Assembly: GCF_032191835.1 (NCBI RefSeq)
Contig: NC_083223.1
Span: 123,752,001 to 123,816,000, forward strand
Direction of reading: 5' to 3'
DNA length: 64,000 nucleotides
Source: Heteronotia binoei
Taxonomy: Eukaryota
Shown one piece after another: positions 50,901 through 63,359 of this stretch. The notes beneath the pieces are model-generated. The model had not been told where the DNA came from. It saw nothing but the letters and a program-made list of their open reading frames with translations, and did no database searches. How positions within the stretch are numbered: the stretch's first letter is position 1; the number at the start of each line of letters is the position of its first letter. Made by a program: the position numbers and the translations under genes.

Positions 50901-53743
50901 CTTTCAGAAGATTTTAGTTCCTGGTATTTGACTCTTGAGGTAATTTGCCCACAGAGATAAGAAATGCTGAAGGGGGAAACTGAGGTACTCCTTTCCTTAA
51001 ATGTAGCATGGAAACAATTTTTGTCTGTATCGCCCCCAAAATCTGCATATGGAAGGCAGAAAGTGAATAATCAAGACAGCCAATTCAGGATGACATCTTT
51101 ATTGAAGCAAGCTATGAAAAATGGCTTCACAGGGTACATATATGGCTTTAGTGGGGAAAAGACAGAAGGGAAAGGTAGGCTGAGGAAAGTAGGATTGTTG
51201 GGAGAAGGATAGATCATATGGAGACAGAAAAGGAGCATCAGGTATGTGCAACTCTGAATGTGAGGTGAATTTTGGCACCTGGAAATGAAAATTCTGGGAT
51301 ATTACGCATGAATTTCTTAACTGGAATGTATGACAGAAGGAGAATGATCTCTTTCTCTCGCAAAACTTGCTCATAAAATCTAGAACGTGTTAACAATATA
51401 TCTAAACTGATATGTGATTGAAAAAATAATGTGCAAATTGATGATTTTTAAAAAGAAAACAACCCTTTTGTTTTCTATTTTGTAAAAATAGAAAAGAAAA
51501 GAAACAATAGCTTGGGGAGGGGGGAATCCAGTAATACAGACTTCATTTAAGAACTTCTTTCAGGTCCTAAGAATTCTCCAAAATGCAGTATATTGCAAAC
51601 TCCGTCTACCAGTCCTTCTTCCAGTCATGTCAGCCAGTCACATCCTTCCAGAGCTCCCTCAAGAATTATCTTCTTCCAAAGAACATACTACTGAGTTTAC
51701 ACTAATAGAACTCATCTGTGCATTCTTTATACATTTATTTCACCACACATATACTGTATTCCCAATGTGCTTTCACAGATGTTTACACTCATTATTCTTA
51801 TCCTTTACACACATGTATGCAAAGTGAAAGCACCTTAGTTCTTATCGGTGGAGCCATATACACAATATTGAAGTTGAAGAATTCAGATGGCTTCCTGTAT
51901 CTGAAATCCTTGTGAAAACTTCAGTTTTATGTGTGTATGACTTCACTGATAACAACGAAGAAACTCCTGTTTTGCATACTTGAATGTCTAGTATGAGGAT
52001 AATATGTGCACTTGAGTGATAAATGTATTGGTATGGTTAAATTTATTTAAGTAGTTTATTTATTTATGAGTAGGGGTTAAGTAGTTTTAATGGCTTCTTT
52101 TCATCTAGATAATGTTGGTATCCTACATATTGTAGTGGAAAAGCTAAATCTGGCAATGAAAATAATAATGTTTAGGCAAACAGTGCAATCCTAAACAGAG
52201 TTACTGTCTTCTAAGCCCATTAGCTCTTCTGGACTTAAGACAGTGAGATTCTGTTTAGAATGACAATGTTCATTCCCTCATGTACTGCCACTTTGCATTT
52301 CAGAAGGCCTATCTAATCTGTTTCTCATCATCTTGCCCATCAGACAAAAATTTCCCAGTATATTTAATTTTCTGGCAAAGCTGAATAGTTGGTTGATGGT
52401 CCCACTTCAGTTTTTAAGGTGGATAAACAGGAAGAGCTGAATAGAAAAATGTGTTTCCCCATACCTTTTACTGTTTTTTTGTGTGAGATACATGGTGGTT
52501 CTAATTAAACAGTTTTGAATGTAATGAAATGATGCACTTCAGGTTTCATATTGCATTTCTCTCTCTCTAGCAATCAGAAAGCCAAGTCAGTGTTGGAGAA
52601 TTAGTGCTCCCAAGTGATTCTCCAAGCCAAATAATTTCTACAGAAGTGGTGATGAATGGGCCTATTAGCATCTCCTGCCTCACTGGAAATGACAGTACTT
52701 GCAAGAGGAAAAAAAAGTTGTTTCTTAATCACTCAGTGAGATGTGGGCATCACATATAGTCTTTCTTTAATAACCTACATTCTGATAAATATAAACTTTA
52801 CCATCACTGGGTTTGTTCATGCACTATTATTATTTATCAACATTGTTTAGATGTGTTAATAACAATCAAGGGTAAACATTTAAATCTCATTTGCTTTTAC
52901 ATGGGAAGAGTGAAATAACAGAGCACTGACTGCTTTTATGCTGCAGCAAAAACAAGTAAAATCCTCCAGCTTTCTCATCACTTGCTAGGATTCCAATTCA
53001 GGTGTGGACAACAACTTGTGCATACTCTGTTGGAATTTGCTTTTTTCCCCCTTTTTGAATAACCAATCCCCCATATCAGAAGTTGGCTTTGAAAATCCCC
53101 TCAGTTTCAAAAAAGGTTTGCTCAGTGGAACAGAGAAGGGTCCCAAGCAATGTTCCCTCTAGGCTGCAGAGTCTTGTGAGCAAAAATTCTACATTGTGAG
53201 CTACTGGCATTAAAGTTGTGAGCTACTGCATAAATTATTGTGCTCTGGGGTCATCCTTCCTGAGCTAAGACAAAAAACTGTGAGCTGGAGGCTAAAAATC
53301 TCTAAACTAGCTCACACTCACTCAGCTTAGAGGGAACACTGGTTCCAAGTTCCCTTCAAAAATGGAGGACTATTTCCTCTGCATCAGAAGTGGTTGAAGC
53401 AACAGGTGGAGTCTGGAATTGGTATTGCATAAAATGAGAGGCAATGGAGTGAAATTTAGTTTGAAGTGCTATTTAGATTCAGGGGCAGACTAACTGGTTT
53501 AACTTACAGGGAAAATTCACCTTGGAAGTACCCCATTGCCTTGGAGGGCAGCTGGTGGCCAGGAGCAAGCAAGCAGAGCCAACACCTAGCAGGGGCTAAC
53601 CTTGCAGGGATTACTTGGTTCAGATCCTTCAGAAGTAGCAATGATTAGTGTCACCTTGCAAGTAGTGCAGGAGCTGCTCATCTTAGCTTGCCCCCGGGCC
53701 ATTGTAACTTCCCAAACCACCTTGACTAGATCTGCTTATGCAG
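47974..53743 (+). CDS. Tentative multi-exon host gene or pseudogene, unidentified (candidate exons 47974-48032, 48949-49069, 49823-49890, 50908-50939, 51564-?, 52571-52735, 53608-53743)
   Basis: AG/GT-bounded open frames, most with good polypyrimidine tracts and compatible phases; protein not recognised. Confidence 0.3.
48290..48475 (-). mobile_element. 5S-derived SINE
   Basis: Same family as 5640 and 13770. Confidence 0.78.
49180..49345 (-). mobile_element. 5S-derived SINE
   Basis: Same family. Confidence 0.72.
50358..50438. repeat. Small palindromic MITE
   Basis: cagtgcaatcc-aagcagagttacac ... gtataactt-ggtttaggattgtactg; related copy at about 52180-52270. Confidence 0.65.
53148..53341. 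mobile_element. hAT MITE
   Basis: TIR caatgttccctctag / cttagagggaacactg; 8-bp TSD GTCCCAAG / GTTCCAAG. Confidence 0.85.
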
Positions 53744-54520
53744 GTGAATGGAGCATAGTGTTTTTAACCAGTTTGCCAGCTGCAGTCTTTCCTTGAAAAC
53801 CACCACTATCCATCCTCTGGTTGGTTCCAGGTTATTTTACTGAAGTGCACTTTATGTAGGACTTCCCTTGAAAACAGTTTGCATGTTTTCCTGTTGCAGA
53901 AGACAGCAGGAGGTACTAACTACGTAGACACCAGGCCTTTTGTTTTTATAGAAAAAGCTCAGTAGGAACTTATTTGCAATTAAGACTACACCCCCTGACA
54001 TCTCCGGAAGTGATGTCATCCATTCAGTAGGTTACTTTCTGCATATTGACGCAGAACAGTACAGTGCCATCAACTGCGTTTCATGGATGTGTGTTGTCAC
54101 ACAGCCCAATGAGAGACCTTGTTTTGCCCCCCCCCCAAAAAAAAACAATAACAACATGGCCAGTGAGAGACAGCCATGTGCAGCAGAGCAGGCAGTGGTA
54201 GGCCCAGCTTCTCCTGGGAGGGGGCACTCATTGGCAGCTCTGCATCTCTTGCTCTCTTCACAAGCCCACTGAAGACTGGAGCCGGCAGAGAGGACAGAGC
54301 TCATGGTCTGTGTGGCTGCCTAGTGCCTTTCATCTAACAGAGACCTCTTTTGGAGCTGGAGCTCTGGCCAAGCCAGCTGGAGCTGTGTTCCTGTGCGTTT
54401 CTGCTCAGAAAAGCCCTGATAAACACTATATTCTGCCAGTAGTTAGGACACTTCATGGGCTGCTTGTTCACTTCTGGATAAACTATAATTCCACTTTCTG
54501 TCATATTAGCTTTCCACAGA

Positions 54521-54800
54521 GAGCCAGTCTGGTGTAGTGGTTAAGTGTGCAGACTCTTATCTGGGAGAACCGGGTTTGATTCCCCACTCCTCCACTTGCA
54601 CCTGCTGGAATGGCCTTGGGTCAGCCATAGCTCTGGCAGAGGTTGTCCTTGAAAGGGCAGCTGCTGTGAGAGTCCTCTCAGCCCCACCCACCTCACAGGG
54701 TGTCTGTTGTGGGGGAGGGAGATAAAGGAGATTGTGAGCCACTCTGAAACTCTTCAGAGTGGAGGGCGGGATATAAATCCAATGTCTTCTTCTTCTTCAC
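54521..54800 (+). mobile_element. tRNA-derived SINE (4622 family)
   Basis: Full head, body and (TCT)n tail. Confidence 0.88.
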
Positions 54801-55555
54801 AGGCCATTTCTGACCTGGAATGCATTTAATCATGATATTGAAGAGATACAGTTTCAGGAGGATTGTATTGTAGAATTTTTGAAACATGTGTATTAGCAAT
54901 AACACCTTCATGTTTTGGCAGCGCTCTGGAAGATGCTGCAGAGAAACAATACAGAAAAGCCTGAACTCATGTTTGGGAGAGAGGCTCACAAAACCTTATG
55001 TCACAGTATAGTCTTTAAGATGTCATAAGACCCCCTTGGGTAGATCCAGCCAGGTTTTTCTTGTAATCTTACCCATTCCCCTCTTTACAATAGTTCTCAT
55101 TTAGTGTAGATTTTGTACATCCAGGTCCCATGATCCCAACATATCCTTTTTTATGTGAGCAAACAGGACCCTGCCTTCCTTTTTTAACAACTGAAAAGGT
55201 TGATGTGGAATTGCCATGATGGTGGTCTGCTTAACATCACAGGGCTGGAAAGCACTCAGGTAAAGGAAGTAGCTGCCTATTCCTAACACAACTTGCCATT
55301 CCACCTAGTTGCTGCTTCAGAGGGAGAGGTGAGACACTGACGTCCCTTAATTGTCCTTCTTGCTGTTTCATCCTGCAGCACCTATTGCCAGATGGAATAG
55401 TGGAAATTATGGAAATTTTGTATAAGTTATCTAGAGGATGTATCTTCATTTGCTTCCACCCCCTTCCCTTTCTGTTGCTTTTTCTTTGATGTTTTGCATA
55501 TTATTTTTATGTGCTAATTGAATTGTAAACTGCCTTGAATCCAATGAAAGAAAGT

Positions 55556-55845
55556 AAAGGTAAAAGGTGCAAGCACCGGTCATTTCTGACTCTGGGGTGA
55601 CGTTGCTTTCACAATGTTTTTACGGCGGACTTTTTATGGGGTGGTTTGCCATTGCCTTCCCCAGTCATCTACACTTTACCCCCAGCAAGCTGGGTACTCA
55701 TTTTACTGACCTTGGAAGGATGGAAGACTGAGTCAACCTTGAGCCGGCTACCTGAACCCAGCTTCCACAGGGATCGAGCTCAGGTCATGAGCAGAGAGCT
55801 TCAACTGCAGTACTGCAGCTTTACCACTCTGTGCCATGGGGCTGT
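55556..55845 (-). mobile_element. Sauria SINE
   Basis: aaaggtaaagg tail, ggtactcattttactgaccttggaaggatggaagactgagtcaaccttgagccggct core, tRNA-like head at the right end. Confidence 0.85.
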
Positions 55846-56599
55846 AATGTAAGAAAAGTAGTATGTAAATATCAAACAGCGCTACAGATAATAATAACTG
55901 TTTTTATAATTTAGAAATCTTAACCTGAGTCTATCTCATGGTAGTTTAAAAGCACTGTATTGGATGAAATGCTTTCTCTTTTCCTTCTGGGATGCTTTCA
56001 GCGATGTATCATAGCACGAGTGGCATTCTGAAGGGGCAGAAAATCTCCTAGACATTACATACTGTTATGTATTGGAATTGCCATGATGGTGGTCTGCATG
56101 TATGCATGGCAGGAAACGTTCATGGGCAACTGGGCAACCACGGGAACGCTAGTAATATGGTATTTCTGGCTGAAATCTGAACTCTGTTAAATCAATGAAC
56201 AGTCAGGGTGTGAAACTTGACTGCTGTGATTTGGTATGGGAAGTTGGGGGGGTGGTTCTTTCAACATGCACCATGTTGCTTTAGTATGTAGTTATCAATA
56301 AAGCAAGTCCTGTGTGAACTACAAATGTATCGAACCCAGTATTTAACACATACTATCAGTCTTGAATTGAGAAGAAGCTCATAAGGCACCAGAGAAGGCA
56401 AAATATGTGCAGAGGCAATGTGAGCATTGCAATTGTGAGAGGGGCAAAAGGCAAGAGGACATCACAGGGCTGAGGAGTATAAAAGTATGCTAGGAAAGGA
56501 GAAGGACCAGGATAAATCCTTTCCTTTGTTAATGATGAGAAATACCCATTAATCAGAGAAGTGACATCTTGCTCATGTTACATATGCCCCTTTGCCCAG

Positions 56600-57700
56600 A
56601 TGTTCAGGAGGTATGGGCTGGGTTGTCATCAGTACGCTGATGGCACCCAGCTCTATCAATTGATGGATGGCCAGTCTGGCTGCACCCCAGAGAACTTAGA
56701 CCTGGCATTATAAGCTGTGGTATCATGGCTCAGGCTGAGTTGACTAAAGCTGAATCCGATGAAGATGGAGGTTCTCTATCTAAGTTGCAGTAGCCTGGGA
56801 AGGGTGATCCCTTTACTAACCTTCAATGGGGCACTGTTAATGCCAGCACCAAGGGTTAAGAGCTTGGGATTGCTCCAGGAGTCCTCCTTAACTATGGAGG
56901 CCCAGGTAGCAGCCACTGCCAGAGCCACCTTTTACCATCTTCAGTGAATACAGCAGTTGGTCCCCTACCTTGAGCACGGTGACTTAGCAATGGTGATCCA
57001 CGCCTCAGTCACTTTGAGAATAGATTACTGTAATGCCGTCTACTCAGATTCAGAAGCTGCAACTGGTGCAGAATGCTGCAGCCAGGCCACTAATGGGGCT
57101 CCCTTGGTAGGAGCACATTTAGCCTGTGTTGAGGGCATTACACTGGCTGCCTGTTGTGTACCGAATACATTTCAAGGTTCTGGTATTAACCTTCAAAGTG
57201 CTATCTGGCCTAAGACCTATCTATCTGCGAGACCACCTTGCCTCACATATTCCCCAGAGAGCACTTTGATCAAGTCCCCAAAATCTTCTGGTTGTCCCTG
57301 GGTTAAAAGAGGCTAGGCTAAATTCCAGAGCCTTCTCGGTGGCAGCCCCAATAATCTGGAACATCCTCCCAGAAGCCATCAGGGCCCTGTGGGATCTATT
57401 GCTGTTCCACAGGACCTGAAAGACTGAATTGTTCCAAATGGCATATGACACCTAAATGGGAAAGGACTGCCACCTCACCTGGACCTGTCATGTGTTAGTA
57501 CCAACTGCCACGGATCTGACAGCTTTGGAGTAAGGAAGACACAATACGATCTTGCCTGGAATAGATGTAGTAGCACCGCTGTGATTTTATTTGATTGTTT
57601 TACTGTTTTAAAATTGTTTACAAATGTTGGCTTTGTTTATTTTATGTTGTTAGCTGCCTTAAATCTTTGTAGAATGAGCAGGATATAAATCAAACGTAAG
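56600..57700 (+). mobile_element. L2 LINE 3' portion
   Basis: YADGTQLY, KLNPMKME, RVKSLG, IHASVTLRIDYCN; 3' tail near 57690. Confidence 0.88.
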
Positions 57701-59999
57701 AAACAAACAAACAAATATGAAACAAGTTTAATTATTTACATTTAGGTAGATAAACAAATTACCAAGTCTGTTAGGGCAGATTTACACATTGCTACACATT
57801 ACTTGACTTTTTATGCTAGTTACTTGATGCCTTCCCATTGCCTTGCGAATGGATTCCACTGAAAAGCGCTGTACATGAGGTAACATTAAATTTATATCTA
57901 AAGTGATTGTATTTTTTACATATTCACACATAAGCCATCACATGATGCAGAAGTCACCGTTTGCAAGTGAAGCAGCTCATATGTTACTAGCTGGTGAGAG
58001 TCAGTTGCAGCTATCTGTTTTACTGATTTGGGTGTGAATAAGGAAAATGCCATTTTCCAGAAACATGATCTGGATCTGTACAATAAAAGTTACAACATTT
58101 GGAAGGGAACTATGAGAATGACAGAATAATATAGATGTAGATTCAGTGAATGTGATACGTCTGTCTGGACGTAGACTTAATTGTTTCCTAGGGCTGGCAA
58201 ATGCACAAGTTGTTCTAAAAAAAAAAAATAGACCTCTTTTCCCTGCAAGAATTTTATATTGTAATTGTGACTAATACAATATTTGGAACACAAAGAAACA
58301 GAGTAACATCAAAGGGGGGTAGAATAAAAGCATGGGATTTGCCAGATCAGATCAGATCATTGGTCCATGAAGTCTTAAAGTCTTGCTTGCAGTGGTGGTT
58401 GGCGTGTGTGTGTGTGTGGGGGGGGGGACACCCACCATATATCACAGTGTTCCAAGATATACTCCTTTAGAAATGACACAAGTAGAATTGTTTGTTTCAG
58501 ATATACTGCATCAATAAGATTGTCGATCTAGAAGGCATTTCTGATGAAGAGGAAAGCATATCTGTGACCAATATGTTGGCAAAATTCATTGTTGGGAAAA
58601 CAGTGTTCCCCTATGTCTGCCAAATTTAGTGACTGTACGGGTTATGTCTCCACAGTGTACTAAAATGTTACTTTGAATGCTAGAGCTGCTTGGAATAATT
58701 TCACTTGGACATTGTGCTTTCTCTGAAACCCTTGTTATGAACATTAATTAATGTTCCACTCCATTCACTGCTCCTTCATAGTGTTTCCTATTTTCCAGTC
58801 ATCCCCCCATTCCACATATTCATTCTTCTATCTTTTACCTTATGGAATATACTACTACTTGACAAGGAAGAATACTGATTGTTTTATTAGGTTCATGGAG
58901 AAAACATTATGACTGATAATTGTTCCAACCCTTTCTGTACAGTTTCCACAACCATTCATGAAAAACAATAAAGTCATTTTACAGTCCATATGAAATGCAA
59001 AAAAGAGATAAGTTGCACTGATAGCCTATTTACATGACTATTTGAACATGTTTTGATCATTGCTGGAAGGTGGTTTAGGGAATGTTCAGTGCACTGTGGT
59101 CAGTATACACACAAGCAACTTAACAGTGCATCCTCTGCAGTATCACACCAGTCTAAACCTTGTGTAATCCTATGCAGTTAATATATGATACTCGGGTTGG
59201 AAGTCAGCATGAAATGAAAATAATTTCTGCATTGTTTTCTGCTAGAGAAGGACATTATGCCTCTGTTCATCAAAGTAATACCATCTTAGAACCAATAACA
59301 TCAGCCAAACCATCAAACACATTTTATGCCATCATGTTCCACAACTGTCCTTCTGCCATTACATTGGGCAACCTGGATATCTGTATATAAGTGGACACAA
59401 ATCAGACATTGAAAATGGAAATAGGAACCATGGGAGAGCATTTCAGCCTCTGGACATTCTATAATAGACTTAAAAATTGGAGTATTTCAGCAGAAAAATT
59501 GCAAAGGGAGGGCCCAGTGAGAAGCTGCTGAGTTTTGTGGGAGGTCAGGAAGGCTCCTACTTTTTTGGCTTTCTAAGAACTATGCAGAACTGAACTATTC
59601 AAGAGGGCTTTTCTATGTGGGCAATAGGGTAGCACTGTATAAAATGGTTCACAAAGTTACTAGGACAAATTATTAGATACTGTGGTCTATACTACTGTGT
59701 ATAGGTTGCTGAAACTAGGACCTCACTGTGTCATTTTTGTATCATTTAATGTGTCATGTAAACACTTATGCCTTGCTTCAGTTCTGTTTTTTAGCTTTCT
59801 GGTTGGTTCTACAACCCCAGTGCTATTTCACAGTTTGTCAGATTTCCCATCCTGTTGATTGTATTGACTCATTCTGTGTATGCTACTTTGAGTCCCAGTG
59901 AGAAAGGCAGACTATAAATAAAGTTAATAAACAAGCAAAGGGTCTAACTAGTATTTCTGATTGCCATAATTTATTTTTATGTATGTATGTATGTATTCA

Positions 60000-60469
60000 T
60001 TCATTCATTCAATTTTTAAAGTTGCCATTCACCCACAGGGTCTTGTGGTGACTTACAACCTTAAAACCAGTAAGGTAAAAACAATATAAAAACAAACAAC
60101 AAGCATAAATATTACCTATAAAATATTGCAATATGTGGCTATCACCATACCACTATTAAAATAGCCCAAACCATGTGGTTACCCTCCAAGGATCAACCTA
60201 AATAACTCAGTTTTGCATGCCCTGAAGAAACTAGACAAGTCCAGCAGAGCTTGGGTGTCATCTGAGAGTGCATTCCACAAGGTAGGGGCCATGACTAAGA
60301 AGCCATCCTGGGGCCAGAAACTAAACCATCTTGGGGCCAGAAACTTGCAAGAGGCCCCTAGATGATGACCAAAGGGAGTGGGGGTTGTAATGGGAGACGT
60401 GGTCCCATATGTATAAGAGTCCTAGACTGTTGAGGGTTTTGAAGGTTAACACCAACACCTTGAATTGGA
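60000..60469 (-). mobile_element. L2 3' portion; continues at 62506 to about 62600 after the mini-L1
   Basis: Reverse complement of L2 3' end; duplicated target aacaccaacacc(t/c)gaattgga. Confidence 0.7.
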
Positions 60470-62505
60470 GACTTCTGGGGGAGGAAAATGTCGAGCTGAG
60501 CTGCTTCTCACAATGGGAGCAGGCTGGAACTTCTGTTCGGGGTAGTGGAAGGCAAATTAATGCCTACTGCCTACTTTTCTCAGTCAGAGATTAGTCCAAG
60601 ATATGCACAGGAAACTTTGAGGAGATTTACCTTGGCTTAAAAGAAGTCCCGGGGGGAGGGGGGCGGCTTCTTTGAGGCTTTGAGGGGTCTCTGGGAAGAG
60701 TTGCATTTTCATCATCTGCAGAAGTTTTTCAGAGTCATTTATTTGACATAAGCTCGGCAGGATCCTAACCTTCTTGGACATTGCTAAACATCTAAAGCTT
60801 TGCAAGACCAGTGGAAACTTGGATAATTGGAAGAAAAGGTACAGATAACTATCTTTCATTCTGGAACTATTTACAGCTTAAAGATACAAATTTAAAAGGT
60901 GGGAAAGGAAAATTTAGAGAGCTTGGAAGAAGAGGGGAGGAAGAGGTGAAATTTGGACTTTATAAATATAAAGTACAGTGTTAAAAACTGTTAAAAAGTG
61001 GAAAGGAATTTATTGTTTAGTCTACTTGCGGTTTTGGAAGAAAAAGCACCATCGTCATATTGGCACAGACCTGCAGTACATCTGAGCAAGACAGGAAATA
61101 TGTCAAGTATCGTGAGATCTCCTTACCAGTGTGAATGAGACTTCATGGCAACAAAAGCAGGAAGTAGTGGAAAGAAAACCTACTCTAGGAATATATACCA
61201 TTGAGAAACATCGGCAACCATTGCTGGGAGGCCAAAATAAAAATTATTTTTTTTAAAGAATTCGGGATATTAAAAATCGTTGGAATTGAGAAGAGAGTAA
61301 GAAGATAAATACTATTGGTCATATTATTTGTGTGGTCCTCGAAAGTTTTTAAAAGGGAAAAAAAATCGCAAGGAGCAGTAAAAAGTTGCGACCGCCATTT
61401 TGGAAGATTTAAAAACTTTAAAAATAAATATCTTGTCTTTGGGAGCTCTGAGGATGGTGAAATTGGGCTTGTTATAAAGGGCAAGTCCTACTCTTTTGAA
61501 CCTGATAGTTGAATTGGAAATTGGTGAGGTCCAAAATTTTGGTTTTTTTAAAAGGGTTTAAAAGTTTTAAAAATTAATATCTTGGTCTACGAAGCTCTGA
61601 GGATGGCGAAATTAGGCTTGTTATAAAAAGCAAGCTCTAATATTTTGAATCTGATAGTTAAATTTTAAATTTGTGAGATTAAAATTTTTGGTGTTTTTAA
61701 ATGTCTGAACACAAGCAGCCCCGTACAAGGGCAACGTCATTGGAAAAAATGCAGGACCAATTAGAGGCAATGGAGGCCAGAATGATGAAAGGGGTGAGAG
61801 AGATGATAGATGAATCGAAAAAAGAAATTATTGCAGAGATTAGAAAAGACATGGAAGATCTTAGAAAGGAAACTGAGGAAACATCTAAGAAAGTGCAGGA
61901 GGTAGAAGGCAAAATGAAAATATATGATTCCACCTTGTTGAAAATGCAAGAAAAAGTGACAATCCATGACTGCAAATTGATGGAGATCCAGATACGTCTG
62001 AGAGGAGTACCTGAAGGGGAGGATGGTGATTTAAAAGGAGATAGAACTTTAATCTGGTACTTGCTTTCAGCTGCTAGGACATTGTATGCGCAGTTGTGGA
62101 AGCAAGAAAAAATACCAGAGAAATGGGATTGGATTATAAAAGTTATGACATGGAGTGAAATGGACAAATTAACAAGAATATTAAGAGACTATGATTTAGA
62201 AGTTTTTAAGATGGAGTGGAAAAAGTTTAGAAGATATATAGAAAAAGAGTGGAAAATAAAAGGACATTGGACAATTTTTGATAATAATTAAGTTTTAAAA
62301 AGAAGAAGAATATAATTTCTTGTTTTAATAGTTAAGGGTACCTTTAATATATATATTTTAAGTAAATAACACTGGCGGGGGTCAAGTAACGGGGGGAGGG
62401 ATGGGTGGAAAGTAATATATGGGGTAGATAAAAGAATTTTTTAAAGATGTAAGATATAGATATAGATTTATTACCATATGTTACTAATAAAATTGTTTTA
62501 CCATG
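60470..62505 (+). mobile_element. Internally deleted L1 (5' UTR, ORF1 N-terminus, ORF2 C-terminus, 3' UTR)
   Basis: 22-bp TSD 60448-60469 / 62506-62527; AATAAA near 62486; 3' UTR matches 28423-28662. Confidence 0.88.
61701..62291 (+). CDS. 196-aa ORF1 coiled-coil / ORF2 C-terminus fusion ORF
   Basis: Coiled coil up to IRLRGVPE, then YLLSAARTLYAQLWKQ homologous to ORF 23481-23906. Confidence 0.75.
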   Translation: MSEHKQPRTRATSLEKMQDQLEAMEARMMKGVREMIDESKKEIIAEIRKDMEDLRKETEETSKKVQEVEGKMKIYDSTLLKMQEKVTIHDCKLMEIQIRLRGVPEGEDGDLKGDRTLIWYLLSAARTLYAQLWKQEKIPEKWDWIIKVMTWSEMDKLTRILRDYDLEVFKMEWKKFRRYIEKEWKIKGHWTIFDNN

Positions 62506-62838
62506 AACACCAACACCTCGAATTGGATCTGGAGACTAATTGGTAGCGAGTGCAACTGCCTCAGAATCTGAGTAATATGAACTGATAATGATGTTCCATT
62601 AGTAACCTCACAGCTACATTCTGGAACACCTGCAGTTTCTGAAGCATTTTGAAGAGTAGCCCTATGTACTATGAATTACAGTAGCCAATCTGGAGGTGGC
62701 TGTTGCATGGATCAAGGTGGTTTATCATTGCTTCTGAGAGTGAGAAAACCAGGCTAGCTAGCTCAGAGTAATGCACAATAGGAGTGTAATATTTTCAAAA
62801 AGAACTAGGCAAGTCACCTACCTATTGTAAAGACCCCC

Positions 62839-63359
62839 TGTCATGATCCGAGGCCTAGTGAGGCCTACAGGCTCCAGAGAAGTCTGTGTTAGAGTAGAGA
62901 GGGCCTACATTTCCCAGGACCCCTTCTGTCCCTCTGATTGGGTGGATAGCAATTTGGGAGGGAAAACTTGCTCTGTGCAGATCAGAGGGGTGGGACCTGG
63001 AAAGAAGGAAATAAAAGGCCCAGCTAGAGAGGGGAAAGTATTCTCTTTGGAAAGGCTGCAGCAGGATTCCCTCCCCCAAGGGGTGGTGAGTCTGTTGGCA
63101 TTAGAGGCAGAGAACATTTAGTTAGTCACATCAGGGGTCTTATTTTCTTTGCATTACCTTTAGTGTTTTCATATTCACTGTTGCACTAAAAGTTTTTACA
63201 ATCTGCTTGTTTCTTCTCAAGCACTTATAATAAACTGTTGTTGTTATACTGCCTGGATTCTCACATCTGTTTGGTCATGGATAGAAGACAGACCCGTACC
63301 AGAGTGGTGGCAGCCAGTAGAGGCCCTCCCCAGTCCCTTTCTTGTAACACCCTGTGACA
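62839..63359 (+). mobile_element. Probable solo LTR (Gypsy-like); a further LTR-like sequence may run to the window end
   Basis: TGTCA...TGACA termini; ATAAAA near 63011; AATAAA near 63228; no convincing TSD. Confidence 0.5.

Noticed and set aside
54004-54235. ETS (CCGGAAGTG), CRE-like and CCAAT motifs as a promoter
   Set aside because: Adjacent to or within a MITE fragment, no CpG island, short motifs expected by chance
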